A stretch of DNA of 64,000 bases from Lama guanicoe (taxonomy: Eukaryota): assembly GCA_013239625.1 (NCBI GenBank), contig MU053561.1:4217992-4281991 (forward strand), written 5' to 3'. The stretch's first letter is position 1; every line of letters begins with the position of its first letter. Below the pieces are notes generated by a model, which searched no databases, was not told the origin of the DNA, and saw only the letters and a list, made by a program, of their open reading frames with translations. The position numbers and the translations under genes are program-made. Positions 37,321 to 51,830 of this stretch are shown here, piece by piece.

Positions 37321-37734
37321 AGCCCCAAATAAAATGTGTTTAGACAAACAATTTCACAACATCTTCCTCTGGAAACTCTGACATTATTGCAGTATGAATT
37401 TTCCTTTCTCCTATTTCAAAATAAAATTACCCTTTTAAATATATCCTTTATTAATATCTATTAATATTTTAAAAAGATGTACATAGAATTTTGAAAAAAA
37501 CACAATCAAAACAAAAAACCCTTAACATCATCTAAGTAAATCTTAGGAATAAAATTTTATTTGGGGCTTGAGTTCCCCAAAGTTTACCTAACTGCTCACT
37601 TAGAAATATATAAAATTATTACCCACCTATAAAGCAAAGGCAACTTCCTTATGGTAATCCAGGGCAATTGTTTTTTCTTTGGATTTAAAAAGGAATAAAA
37701 TTTACATGTGGGAAACAATAGTCATGTAAGTAAA

Positions 37735-37930
37735 TGGCCAAATCTGTTGATGTCAAACTGACTGAGATCAAATCCTGGCTCTGCCATTTACTAGCTACAC
37801 ATTTGCATGTTCAGTAAACTGAGCTCTTTACTTCAGTTTCTTTACCTATTTAAAGGAATTATCAGTATTTGTGTAAAGTACTTAACACAGTGTCTGGCAT
37901 ATAATAAATGCTCAACAAATGATAGCTAAT
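37735..37930 (+). mobile_element. MIR SINE upstream of the TSHB promoter
   Basis: caaatcctggctctgccatttactagct...acagtgtctggcatataataaatgctcaacaaat. Confidence 0.8.
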
Positions 37931-39139
37931 TTAAAATAACTCGGTATTCATTTATTTTAAAAATAATTAGCTATAGCACCTAGTACATAGTAGGCAATTA
38001 CTGTATTTGTTGAATGCATACATGATTGAGGGAGTGCATGGATAATTACTGAATTTTTGGAATCAACACACTTATCTCCATCCCACAGCTATAATCCAAT
38101 TTTATCCCTTTTAACCCATTTACCTTACTGTAACAAAAGTAATATGTCAAAAGCTCAATGAGAATACATCATTGCCCCTAGTAAAAAAAGTCCCAACTTA
38201 GATTATTATTATTTACAAAGTCACTCACAATCTATTTTTTCTCTCTAGTTTTATCTTTCACTGTTTCCCACCCCTCCCCCATCTTCCCTACCTTTTCTCC
38301 ACTTCCTATGTTTTTCAGCCACATTGAACTGAGTTCCTCAAATCAGTTACATTCTCTCTTGCCTCTAAGTCTTTTCATATGTTTTTCATATGTCATTCCC
38401 TCTATCTGGAACATCTGCCTGATCCCTCATTCCATGTCTTATGTTACCCAACTCCTACTCATTCTTTATGATTTAACTGAGAAAGAACCCCTCTGCAAAG
38501 CCTTCTCTGATTCCACAAGATCTTTCTCATAGTTAGTAGTCTTAAAAGAATTAGAGAAAACATATAGAACATCTGGCACATGGTAGATGCTCAATAAATC
38601 ATAGATATTATTTAACAACCTCATTAGTCTTCATTTATCCTAGTCTATATTATTAATAAAAGTTATGGGAAAAAACGAGGCCTGGTATAGGTGAGTCTCC
38701 CTGGAGGGAAGATTGGGAGGTCAAGGAAGAATCTGGGATATATATCAGGAAAAGCCGTTCTAGAAACCTTCAAATCTTGGGACTATGAGCTACTATGTAG
38801 TAAGAGAAGAACTATAAAAACAGGGAAAGTGGAAACGAGGATGTCAAACTTAACCTGTTTCATGTGATTCCATGTTAAAACAAGAGTATGGTAACTGTGA
38901 GAATGTTAGATGTTTGTTTTTAATGGAGTTAGTGACTCTGTTGTATAAAGTATTGATTCAGGAGCTCAGTTTCTAATAGATTTAAATACAATCTCTGGGA
39001 AATATATATACACATAATAGGTAACTGATATACACTTGGCCTATTACTAGAAGAACAATAACAAATATCACACACTTCAGTAATAGTTTTCTTTTCAAAA
39101 ATGCTCTCATGTATATGATCTCATAGTGTTAAAAGAATT

Positions 39140-41820
39140 CAGCCAGACTGAATTTTCACTTCTGGCCTAGATTTACTTTCCCATGTAAAATAACTATAAA
39201 CAAGACATGATATATGAAACAATAGTACTATACACATTGGACATTAGGCAACAAAGGAAAGTGACCATAGAGAGATGGGAAACAAACAAAGTATCTATAG
39301 CTTACTCCCTGGAGAAAGTTTCTAGCCTACTGGTGCAGGGAGGGCTACCAGGGCAGAGGCCAAAATGTCCCCAAAATGAACAGAAGGACATGGAAATTCA
39401 CAGAGCTCCAGGCACCTACAGTTCACAAAGAAGAATATTGTAGAAGAGAGAACTGCTCAGAGAGTAAATTCTGGAGATCTGTAGAGTATCTCTGAGTATT
39501 TAGCTGAAAACTGATAAACTCATAAATGTGAGGAAACTGGATGAGACTGAGGAAATAAACTTCTGAAAGGTTAAAAAGGACAGCACTCAGACAGATATAG
39601 GAATAGCACCTGTTCCAACAAGCAATAGTGAAAACTCTCCTAATTCATGGGAAATTTGGTCATATAAAGGTTTTGCCTCACTTTAGGGGGAAAATTAGCC
39701 CTAGACTAAATGCTATTCTGATCCTGCCTGGCAAAACTTAAAAGCTAGACCCAAAAGGATCAACTCTTTGTAAGTAACAGAACTGAGTCAAATAACAAAG
39801 GTGAATGATATTTATAGAAATACAGTAGATGTGGAGAACACACTAGTGCTTACCAGCTGGGAGAGGAGGGGAAGTAGGGATAAGATAGGAGTAGGGGATT
39901 AAAAGGTACAAACTACTATGTATAAAATAAATAAGTTGCAAGGATGTGTTGTACAGCATAGGGAATATAGACAATATTTAAGAACATTAAATATTGAGTC
40001 ACTATATTGTACACATGAAACTAGCATAATATTGCAAATCAACTATACTTCAATAAAAAAATTATAATATCTGGTACCCAAAATTATAATCCATAATATG
40101 TGGCATTCAATAAACAAATTACTGGTCATACAAAAAAGCAAGAAAATACAATTCATGATGAAGAAAAAATTAATCAATTGAAACTGACCCAGAAATTGTA
40201 CACATAATAAAATTAGTAGACAAAAGACTTCAAACTATGACACCACCAAATGAACACAATAATTTTCCAATTACTGATGCCAGACAAATGGAAGTTTGTG
40301 AGTTACTGAAAAAGAATTAAAAATAATTATTTTAAAGAAACTCATCAAGATTCAAGGAAATAAGATAAACAACTCAGTGAACTCAGGAAAACAATACATG
40401 AAAAAGAGAGAACTTCAATAATGAGACAGAAATCATTAAAAAAAAAAACAGGAATTCTGGGGCTGAATAATATGTAAATCATATTGAACTCCAGAATATA
40501 AATTAAAAGACAGACTTGTTGAAAATACCTGTGGCTACAATATTTTGTTAATAAATGTACAATATACAAAGACATAAATGGGGATATCAACAACATAAAG
40601 TGGGGAAAGCAAGTAAATTTGTAGAATGTTTTTATGCAATTTAAGTTGTTACCAGCTTAAAATAGACTTATAAATATGAGATATTTATATGAGCTTCATG
40701 GTAATCACAAAGAAAAACCTATAATAGATACACAAATGATAAAGAAAAAAGAATCAAAACAACTATAAAAAGTTAACAAATCACAAAGATGGCAAGAGAG
40801 GAAGAAAGGAAACAAAAGAACTACAAAACAGTCAGAAAACAACAAAATGGTAATAGTAAATTCTTAAGTATCAATAATTACTCTACATGTAATGGTTTAA
40901 ATTCTCAACTTAAAAGATATAGTGTGGCTGAATGGACCAAAAAAAAAAAGACTCAATAATATGCTGCCTACAAGAAACTCACTTAAGCTTTAAGGACACT
41001 CATAGGTTGAAAGTGAAGGGTGGAAAAGATATCCCATGCAATACATAGAGTTCGGAAAATTGAATAGCCACACACAAAAGAATGAAATTAGACCATTATA
41101 TTACACCATACACAAAAATTAACTCAAAATAGATTAAAGACTTAGATGTAAGACCTGATACCATAAAAGTCCTAGAAGAAAACACAGGCAGTATGTTCTT
41201 TGACAATGGTCTTAGCAATATTTTTCTGTATATGTATCCTCAGGCAAGAAAAACAAAAGTGAAAATACACAAATGGGACTAATCAAACTAAAAATCTTCT
41301 TCACAGCAAAGGAAACCAAAACAAAAATAAAAAAAACAACCTATCAAACGGAAGAAGATATTTGCAAATGATATATCTGACAAGGAGTTAATATCCAAAA
41401 AAATATAAAGAACTCATACAGTTTAACATTAAAAAAAAACCCTATTAAAAAATGGGCAGAGAACTTGATCAGCATTTTTCAAGAAAAGACATACAAATAA
41501 CCAACAGGCACGTGAAAATATGTTCACCATTACTGGTTAATAGAGAAATGCAAATCAAAACCACTATGAGATACCACCTCACACCCATCAGAATGGCTGA
41601 TCCCACATATAATCAAAAAGACAAGAAATAACAAGTGTTGGAGGGTATGTGAAGAAAGGGGAACCTTCAGACACTGTTGGTAGGAAGGTAAACTGGTGCA
41701 GCCACTATGGAATACAATATGGGGATCCCTCAAAAAATTAAGAATGACACTATATGATCCATCTTTTTCATTTCTGGGAATAAACCCAAATGAAAATACT
41801 AATTCAAAAAGATGCATTCA
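39140..41820 (+). mobile_element. Nested L1 fragments (old 5' region, short 3' UTR insertion at ~39830-40060, ORF1/EN/ORF2 pieces)
   Basis: L1 motifs: atatgctgcctacaagaaactcac (EN), acaccatacacaaaaattaactcaaaat, gaaatgcaaatcaaaaccactatgagataccacctcacaccc. Confidence 0.85.
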
Positions 41821-44800
41821 GGGAAGATAACAAGATGGTGGATTAGAAGGAGCCAGAGCTCACCTCCTCTCACAAACACACCAAAATCACAACTAACTAC
41901 AGAACCACTATTGATAAAGAAGACAGGAACCTACTAGAAAAGATCTTCCATAACTGAAAGCATAAAGAAGAAACCACAACAAAACAGGTAGGAGGGTCTG
42001 ATTCACAATATAATCAAATCTCATACTCCCTGGGTGGGTGGCCCACAAACTGGAGAATAATTGCATTGCAGAGGTTCTTAACAGGAGTGACAGTTCTGAG
42101 CCCCACATTGGGATCCTCAGCCTGAGTGTCTGGCAGCAGCAAGAGGAGCCTGCAGAGTATTTGGCTTTGAAGTCTAGTAGGGTTTAATTGCAGGAGCTCC
42201 ATGGGGTTGGGGGAGGCAGATGTTACTCTTAAGGGATGCAAAATCTTGTGCTCACCGGGACCACAGGTGAAAGCAGTAATTTCATAGGAGCCTGGGTCAG
42301 ACCTACCTGCTGTTCTTAGAGGGTCTCCTCAGGAGGGGGGAGGGGAAGCTGTGGACCACCCTGGGGACATAGACATGGTGGAGGACAGATCAGGGAATAC
42401 TCATCTGCATGAACTCTTCTTCCTGGAGATATACGTCTTTCTTGGGTCATTAGCACTAAGAACTGGCCCCACCCAACAGCCTGTAAGCTCCAGTACTGGA
42501 ACACCCCAAGAGAAACAACTGACTAGCCTATCTGCTGACATCCCCACCCATCAGCAGATAGGCTGCCTAAAGACTTCCTGAGCCCACAGCTGCCTCTAGA
42601 CATGCCCCTAAACAGAGCCTTGCTCACCAGAGGGCCAAGACACAGCTGCATCCACCAGTGGGCAGACACCAGACTCTCCTACCCAGAAACCTGCAGAAAC
42701 GTCTTGACCAGCCTCACTCACCAGGGAGTAGATACCAGAAGCAGGAAAACTACCAACCTGCAGCCTGTGGAACAAGTCCACAAATGCAGGCCAGACTCTG
42801 CCCTGGGACCACCTAGCCCCTGGCCCTTGGCTGCTATGATGCATAGGATGTCTCCTACAGAGAGGAGCCACTCCTCCAAGATTGAGAAACATAACTAACC
42901 TACCACATACATAAAAATACAAACTGAAATTTAGGAAAAATGAGGCAGCAGAGAAATATGTTTCAGACAAAGGAACAAGATAAAATCCCAGAACAACTAA
43001 GTGATGTGGAGATAGGCAGTCCACTCGAGAAAGAGTTCAGAGTAATGATTGTAAAGGTGATCAGAGAACTTGGGAGAAGAATAGATGCACAGAGCAAGAA
43101 ATTAGAAGTTTCTAGCAAAGAGTTAGAAAATATAAAGAACAACCAAACAAAGTTGAAGAATATAATAATACATTAGAAGGAACCAATAGTAGACTAAATG
43201 AGACAGAAGAACAGATCTGTGAGCTAGAAGACAGAGTAGTGGAAATCACTACCACAGAACAGAAAAAAGAAAAAAAAAGAGAATGAAAACCCTTTATGAG
43301 GACAGTTTAAAAGAACTCTGAGACAACATTAAACACACTAATATTCCCATTATAGTGGTTGAAGAAGAAGAGAGAGAGAAAGTACCTGAAAAATATTTAA
43401 AGAGATAATAGCTGAAAACTTCCCTAACTTAGGAAAGGAAATAGTCACCCATGTTCAGGAAGCACAGAGAGTCCCATACAGGATTAACCCTCAGAGGAAC
43501 ACACCTGGACATATTGTAATTAAAATGACAAAAATTAAAGACAGAATATTAAAAGTAACAAGGAAAAAGCAACAAATAACATGGGAACTCTCATAAGGTT
43601 ATCAGCTGATTTTTCAGCAGAAACTCTGTAGTCCAGAAGGGAGTTGCACAATATGTTTAAAATGATCAAAGAGAAAAACCTACAATCAAGAATACTCTAC
43701 CCAGCAAAGCTCTCATTCAAATTTGATGGAGAAATCAAAAGCTTTACAGATAAGCAAAATCCAAAAGAGTTCAGCATACCAAACCAGCTTTACAACAAAA
43801 GCTGAAGGAACTTCCCAAGGCAGAAAAGAAAAGGCCACAACTAGAAACAAGAAAACTACCAAGTGGAAAAGCTTACTTGTAAAGGCAAATATACAGTAAA
43901 GGTAGGAAATCATTCACACACAAACTAGGAGGAAGATTAAAAGACAAAAGTAGTAAAATCATCTGTACCCACATTAAGCAGTTAAGGGATACACAAAACA
44001 ATTAAATGTAAAATATGATATCAAAAACAGTAATGATGAGGGAAGGTGAGTACAAATGCAGGGTATTTAAAATGCATTTGAAGTTAAGAGATCAGCAACC
44101 TAATGCAATCAAGTATATATATAGACTGCTATACCAAAACCTCATAGTAACCACAAACCAAAAATCTATAATTGAGATACACACACAAAAAAAAGGAATC
44201 TAAACATAATGCTAAAGATAGTCACCAAATTACAAGAGAACAAGAGAGGAATAAGAAAAAAAACCCTACAAAAACAAATCCAAAACAATTAACAAAATGG
44301 CAATAAGAATATACATATCAATAACTATCTGAAATGTAAATGGACAAAATGTTCCAAACAAAAGATACAGACTGGCTGAATGGATACAAAAACAAGTCCC
44401 ACATGTTTGATGCTTACAAGAGATTCACCCCAGATCTAGAGACACATGCAGACTGAAAGTGAGGGGATGGAAAAAGGCATACCACACAAATGGAAATCAA
44501 AAGAAGCAATACTTATATCAGAAAAAATAGACTTTAAAACAAAGACTGTTGCAGGAGACAAAGATGGACACTACACAATGATCAAAGGATCAATACAAAA
44601 AGAAGATATAATAATTGTAAATATATATGCACTTAATATAGGAGCACCTCAATATATAAGCAAATATGAAAAGACATAAAGGGGAAATTGACAGTAACAC
44701 AAAAATAGAGGGAGACCTTAACACCCTCGTTTATATCAATGGACAAATCATCCAAAATCAATAAGGAAACACAGGCCTTAAAGGACATTTTAGACCAGAT

Positions 44801-46810
44801 AGACTTAGTTGATATTTATAGAGCATTCCATCTGAAAGCAGCAGACTGTACATTCCTTTCAAATGCACATGGAATATTCTCCAGGATAGACAATATACTG
44901 GGACACAAAGCAAGCCTTGGTAAATTTAAGAAAACTGAAATCATATCAAGCATCTTTTCTAACCACAGCACTAGAGATTAGGAATCAACTACAAGTGAAA
45001 AAAAAAAAAACACAGCAAAACCCACAAACACATAAAGGATAAACAATATGCTATGAAACAACCAGTGGATTACTGAAGAAATCAAAAAAGACCTACAGAC
45101 ACTCAAAATGAAAACAAGATGATCCAAAACCTATGGGATGCAGTAAATGCAGTCCTAAGATAGAAATTTATAGTAATACAAGCTTACCTCAGGGAATAAG
45201 AAAAATCTCAAATAAACAACCTAACCTTACACCTAAAGCAACTAGAGAAAGAAGAACAACAAAACCTAAAGTTAGTACAAGAAAAGAAATCATAAAGATC
45301 AGAGTAGCAATAAATGAAAGAGACTTTAAAAACAATTAAAAAGATCAATGAAATTAAAAGCTGACTCTCTGAAAAGATAAAAACTTGATAAATCTTCAGG
45401 GGCTCATCAAGAGAAAGAGAGGGCATGAATCAATAAAATGAGAAATGAAAAATGAGAAGTTACAACCAACTCCATAGAAATATGTGATCATAAGAGGCTA
45501 CTATGAACAACTATAGGCCAATGAATAGAAAATCCAAAGGATGAATCCAGAAAACTACTAGAGCTCATCAATGAATTCAGTAAAGTTGCAGGATACAAAA
45601 TTAAAATACAGAAATCTGTTGCATTTCTATACAGTAACAATGAAATATCAGAAAGAAAAATTAAGGAAACAATCTCATTTATCACTGCATCAAAAAGAAT
45701 AAAAAACATAAGAATAAACCTACATAAAGAGGCAAAAAAATGTACTCCAAAAATTATAAGACACTGATGAAAGAAACTGAACACAAGACAACAGAAACAG
45801 ATGGAAATATATACCATGTTCTTGGTTTGGAACCATCAATATTGTTAAAATGGCCATAGTATCCAAGGTAACACACAGAGTCAATGTAATCCCTATTAAA
45901 TTACCGATGACATGTTTCACAGAACTGAAACAAAAAAAATGTTTAATTTGTTTGGAAATACAAAAGACCCTGAATAGCCAAAACAACCTTGAGAAAGAAG
46001 AACGAGCAGGAGGAATCACACTCTCTGATTCAGACTACAGTACAAAGCTACAGTAATCAAAACAGTATGGTACCAACACAAAATCAGACACATAGGTCAA
46101 TGGAATAGGATAGAAAGCCCAGAAATAAACCCATGTACTTAATCTACAACAAAGGAGGTAAGAATATACAATGCGGAAAAGACATTCTTTTCAAAAAGTG
46201 GTGCTGGGAAAACTGGACAACTTCATGTAAAAGAATGAAATTAGAACAATCTCTAACACGATATACAAAGATAAACTCAAAATGGATTAAAGATCTGAAC
46301 GTAAGACCAGACACTCTAAAACTTCTAGCAGAAAACATAGGCAAGACACTCTTTGACGTAAACCACAGTAATATTATTTTCAATCCATCTCCTAGAGTAA
46401 TGGAAATAAAAGCAAAAATAAGCAAATGGGACCTGATTAAACTTAAAGCTTTTGAACAGAAAAGGAAATCACAACCCAAACAAAAAGACAGCCTATGGAA
46501 TGGGAGAAAATATTTGCAAATGATGAGACTGTCCAAGGATTAATTTCCAAAATATTCAAATACTCATACAGCTTAATATATGTATATATATATAAACCCA
46601 ATCAAAAAATGGGCCAAAGACCTAAATAGACATTTCTCCAAAGAATACATCCAGATGGCCAATAGGTACATGAAAAGATGCTCAACATCACTATTAGAGA
46701 AATGCAAGTCAAAACTACAATGTTGTATCACCTCACACTAGTCAGAATGACCATTATTAAAAAGTCTACAAATAATAAGTGCTGGAGAGGATATGGAGAA
46801 AGGGGAACCC
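41821..46810 (+). mobile_element. Long L1 with 5' UTR, ORF1, spacer and deleted, frameshifted ORF2
   Basis: 5' end gggaagataacaagatgg; ORF1 start at 42940 (MRQQRNMFQTKEQDK); EN fragments 44446..44981; ORF2 fragments 45850..46810; multiple stops. Confidence 0.92.
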
Positions 46811-46989
46811 AGCCAATTAGTGATTGCCTGGCAATAGGGGAGGCAAGGAAGAGCAAGAAAGAGGGATTACAAAGAGGCATAGGAAATTTTAGGGGTGATG
46901 AATGTGTCCATTATCTTGATTGTGATGATTTCATAGGATATACACATATAAACCTATCAAATGGTAAATAGCTCTTTAAATAAATGCAG

Positions 46990-47425
46990 TGTCATGGTTT
47001 GAATTGTGTACACCCAAAATTAATATGTTGAAGTCCCAACCTCTAGTGGCTCAGAATGAGATCTTATTTGGGAGATAGTGCATTTCAGATGAAATTAATT
47101 GAGATGAGGTCATACTTCAGTAGGTTAGGCCACTAAAACAATGATTGGTATCCTTATAAAAAGGGGAAATTTGGACACAGACTTATGAGCAGGGAGAATG
47201 CCATGTAAAGACTGGAATTATGTTACCACAAGGAGAGGAAATTCCAGAAGCTAGGAGACAGACCTAGAACAGACCCTTTCCTAGCACCTTCAGAGAAGCA
47301 AGACCCTTCCCTACCAATACCTTATCTTGGACTTCTAGCCTCTAGAACTGTGAGAAGATACATTTTTGATGTTTAACCATTTAGTTTGTGGTACTTTATT
47401 ACAGCAGCCCCAGGAAACTAACACA
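46990..47425 (+). mobile_element. MaLR solo LTR (MLT1B/C-like) with 5-bp TSD
   Basis: TGTCATGGTTTGAATTGTGT...GGAAACTAACACA flanked on both sides by tgcag. Confidence 0.92.
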
Positions 47426-47499
47426 TGCAGTTTATTGTATGTCAGTCATACCCTAACAAAGCTGTTTTTAAAATTCAATAGATAGAAATGATCTGTGCC

Positions 47500-47950
47500 T
47501 ACTCCTCAGGATTCATATCATATCACTACTTCACTCTTTTACTCACTATTTTCCTTTGAACATTCTAAGCTTTTCTTGCAATAGGGCTTTTACATTTGCT
47601 GTTTGTTCATTATGAAGAGCTCTTTCACCAATCACCAAATGGCTTCCTCATTATCTCAGCTTAAAAATTATTTCCTCAGAAAAGCCTTCCCTGACCACCA
47701 AATCTAACGTATCACATTGCCCCTATCACTTTTCATCCCACAATTTCATTCTTTGTTCATAGTACTTAATAACTTTTTGATATTTGTTTATACATTTTTC
47801 TCTGTTTCTCCTTTTCCAAATAGAATGTAAGTACCATAAATGGAGGGGGTTATTTGTCATGGTCATCACAGTACCCTCAGAGTTCATACCAGCCTATTGT
47901 ATATATTATATGTTCAGTAAATAGTTACTGAATGCACGAGTAAGTGAACA
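47500..47950 (+). mobile_element. L2 3' region
   Basis: tcctcagaaaagccttccctgaccacc...tagaatgtaagtaccat...ttactgaatg. Confidence 0.75.
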
Positions 47951-49067
47951 CACAGATGCTAATCCCAGAGTTGTATGATTCTATACATAGAGAGGTTATT
48001 AACTGCTCCAATGTTCTATACTTACAGGCAAGCTAAAATCCAAGTTTCCTAAAACCCTTTTTATTACATTAAAATGTTAATGCATTCTCAAAGGGAAAAA
48101 AAAAAACCATCCACAATCTTCAATTAGCTAAACAGAGAAGTGGCATTGGAATATGGATCAGACCTTCTAATACTTTCCCCTCCTCAAAGAGTAGGTACTT
48201 TTCTAGCTTGCAAGATGCTCTAGTTCCATAAAATTCTAAAATCCTATGCAACAGATATTTTTTAAACATCAGTTTATTCATCTGAAGTCTGAGTTATCTC
48301 TAAGAGTCAAATTACAATAGTCTGCAATTTGAAACAAAATCTCTTTGTTTATTAAACTCCTTTCAATGTTCTTTTCTTAAACAATACTGACAATTGATAG
48401 CAGGTAGAGCTGGACCTAATATGCACATTGATCATTTTATTATCTTGAAGCTCTGAAGTAGAGAGACAATTTTGATTTAATATGTATAAAACTTATGTCA
48501 ATTTGCATCTCTCTTTTGGTAACTGGTCAAAAAGCCCCTAATATGAGATTTATATGAATTTATACATGCCTGTCCCCTCCATTTCAAAACATTTTTAAAT
48601 TAAGGTTATATATAAATATTAATAGGAATTGCTAATGTTTTCTGTAATAAAATTCATAGTGTTAAAAAGTCAGATCAGTATCAAGTTTTCTTTCCTATAT
48701 ATCAAAACTTATTTCTCTAGCCTTGGTATAATATCTTTCACTCTGTTTTTGTTACTTTATATAACCTCCTGGTAATTAGATATTATTTCTCTGGCTGAAT
48801 AATATGAGCAGTATTAACTGTACTCACAATAACATGTGTAACCATTTCTCAGCAACTAATCAACAATGTTATTAATCTCACCAAAAAATATTTTAACTTT
48901 TCTCATCTTTGTTTAGTAGAACTTTTACTATAAAAGAAGTTCACAGTATTGTTATATGCAAAAGTCAATAGATGATTGTTAGTAAATTAATCTGTGGTAG
49001 CTAAGGAATAATAAACCAATAATATAGTTAACTTCCTTCACCACATGTGTGTAAAAAAACAACTGAA

Positions 49068-49360
49068 GTGAAAGTAGCTAGACAGAAAAGATTACACATG
49101 GTATGATTCTACTTCTTTGAAATAAACAGAATAGGTGAATTTATAGAGACAGAAAACACACTGGTGGTTACCAGAGGTTGGGGGAGTGGGAAATGGGGAA
49201 TAACAGCTTAGTGGGTAAAGGATATCCTCTTGGGGTGATAAAATGATTTGGAACCTAGATAAAGCTAGAGTTTGCAAAACACCGTGAATGTATTAAGTGC
49301 AACAGAACTGTTCATTTAAAAATGTTTATTTTTATTTTGTGAATTTCTCATAACTTTAAA
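49068..49360 (+). mobile_element. L1MB-like 3' end with TSD
   Basis: gtggttaccagaggttggggg...ttggggtgataaaatg; flanking repeat aaaaacaactgaa / aaagacaactgaa. Confidence 0.82.
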
Positions 49361-50800
49361 AAAGACAACTGAAAACTTAATGCAAAAATATTAACAATGT
49401 AGTGTTTAAAACATATGCCGAAGTATATTGTATGTCAGGAATAGAACAAAGGACAGGAATGAGGAATGGAAATATATTTCTGTAAGATTTTTATACTATG
49501 TGTAAAGTGCTATAACATTATTAGTAGGTAAACTATGATAAACTGAAGATGTATATTGAAAATCCTAGAGCAACCACCAAAAATAATAGTATGGCTAAAA
49601 ACACAATAGTTCAAAAGAATGAGAAGACACAGACTGGGAGAAAATATTTACAAAAGTCATCAGATAAACCATTGTTATCTGAAATATTCAAAGAATATTA
49701 ATACTTGACAATAAGAAAACTAACAACCTGATTTGAAGATGGACAAAAGACCTGAACAGACACATCACCAGAGAAGACATACAGATGGCAAACAACATAT
49801 GAAAAGATGTTTCACATTATATGTCATCAGGAAATTGCAATTAAAAAACAAGAAACCACTACATACTTATTAGAATGGCCAAAATCCAAAACACTGGCAA
49901 CAGCAAATGCTGACAAGAATGTGAAGCAACAGGAACTCTCATTAATTGCTGGTGGAAATGCGAAATAATACATCCACTTTTGAAGACAAATTGGCAGTTT
50001 ATTACAAAACTAAACAACCATTACTATAAGACCGAACAATCATGCCGATTAGTATTTACCCAAAGGAGTTTAAAAGCTTTTCCACACAGAAAATTCCACA
50101 TGGATGTTTACAGCAGCTTAGTCTATGACTGTCAAAACTTGGAAGCAACCAATATGTACTTCAAGAGGTGAAAATGTAAACAAATTGGGGTACATCCAGA
50201 CAATGGAAAATTATTCAGCACTAAAAAGAAATGCTCTATCAAGCCATGAAAAGTTATGGAAGAACCTTAAATGTATATTACTAAGTGAAAGAAGGCAATC
50301 TGAAAAGGCTACATACTATATGATTCCAACTATATGACATCATGGAAAAGGCAAAACTATGGAGACATTAAAAAGATCAGTAGTTACCAGGGATTAGGGG
50401 AGAAAGGGATGAGTGGGCAAAGCACAAAGGATTTTTAGGGTAATGATAATATTCTGTATGATACCATAATGGTGGGTACATGTCATTACACATTTGTCAA
50501 AATCCATAGAATATATACCACCAAAAGTGAACCCTAATGTAAACTATGAAATTTGGATGATAACAATATGTTGCTAAAGGTTCATCACTTATAACAAACA
50601 TCACTCTGGTGTAGGATATTGGTGGAGGGGGAGATTATAAATAATGTGGCGCCATGTATATATGGGAAATTTTTGTATTTTCCATTCAATTTTGCTATAA
50701 ACCTAAAACTACTCTAAAAATTAGTCTGTTACTTTTTAAAAAGCCCATGATAAAAATAAAATGGAATCATGACAACATTAAAATAATCCAAAAGAAAATA

Positions 50801-51120
50801 TAGGCATACTTTATTTTATTGTGCTTCAATTTACTGCCCTTCACAGATAGTGCATTTTTTACAAATTGAAGGTTTGTGGCAGCCCTGTGTCAAGCAAATC
50901 TATTAGTGCCATTTTGTCAATAGCATTATTTTAAAATCAGGGTATATATATTGGTTTTTTAGACATAATGCTATTGCACACTTAATAGACTACAGTATAG
51001 TATAAACATAACTTTTATATGCATTGGGAAACCAAAGAATTTGTATAACTCACTTTATTTTGATATTTTTATATTGCAGTGGTCTGCAACTGAACCTTTA
51101 TTATCTCCAAGGTAGTCCTG
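50801..51120 (+). mobile_element. Internally deleted Tigger1 derivative (Tc1/mariner MITE-like)
   Basis: Ends (t)aggcatac...ttttattgtgcttc and atctccaaggtagtcctg, TA on both sides; acaaattgaaggtttgtggca is Tigger1-like. Confidence 0.88.
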
Positions 51121-51235
51121 TAGAAACAGAGAAAAAAAGGTACAAAGAACAAATGGAACAAACAAAATAAGTGGCAAGATGGTAAACCTAAACTCAAGTA
51201 CATTAATAATTATTTTAAATGTAAACAGTTTAACA

Positions 51236-51347
51236 AATTCAAAAGATACATGCATCCCAATGTTAATAGCAGTACTATTTACAGTAGGCATGACATGGAA
51301 GCAATCCAAGTGCCCATCAACAGATGACTGGATTAAGAAGATATGGG

Positions 51348-51391
<44 letters not shown>

Positions 51392-51830
51392 ATGAATATT
51401 ATTCAGCATAAAAAAGAATGAAACATTGCCATTTGCAGAAACATGGGTGGACCCAGAGAATATTATGCCTAGTGAAGTAAGTCAAAGACAAATACTATAT
51501 GATACCACTTATATGTGGAATCTAAAAAATAATACAATGAATCTATATATAAAGCAGAAATAGTCTCACAGACATAGGCAAAAAAGCTTATGGTTACCAA
51601 AGAAGAGGGGGGTGGGGGAGGAACAAATTAGGTCTATGGGATTAACAGATACAAACTACTATGTATAAAAATACATAAGCAACAAGGGTTTACTGTACAG
51701 CATAAGAGATTATATCCAATAGCTTGTAATAACCTATAATGGAATATAATATACAAAAAACTGAATAACTACATTGTACACTTATAACTAATACAATATT
51801 GTAAACCAAATCTACTTCAATTTTAAAAAT
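51236..51830 (+). mobile_element. 5'-truncated L1 3' end nested in the older L1
   Basis: [35 protein letters not shown]; ends cttcaattttaaaaa; diverged TSD taaacagtttaa / taaatggtttaa. Confidence 0.85.
51351..51382. repeat. (TG)16 microsatellite
   Basis: Read directly. Confidence 0.97.

Noticed and set aside
41790..51260. The L1 piece at 51236 as the continuation of the L1 interrupted at ~41817, implying one 9.4-kb insertion
   Set aside because: Both break near aattcaaaa(a)gat, but the 51236 element has its own apparent TSD inside a different, older L1 host. An independent insertion is more likely, though this is not formally excluded.
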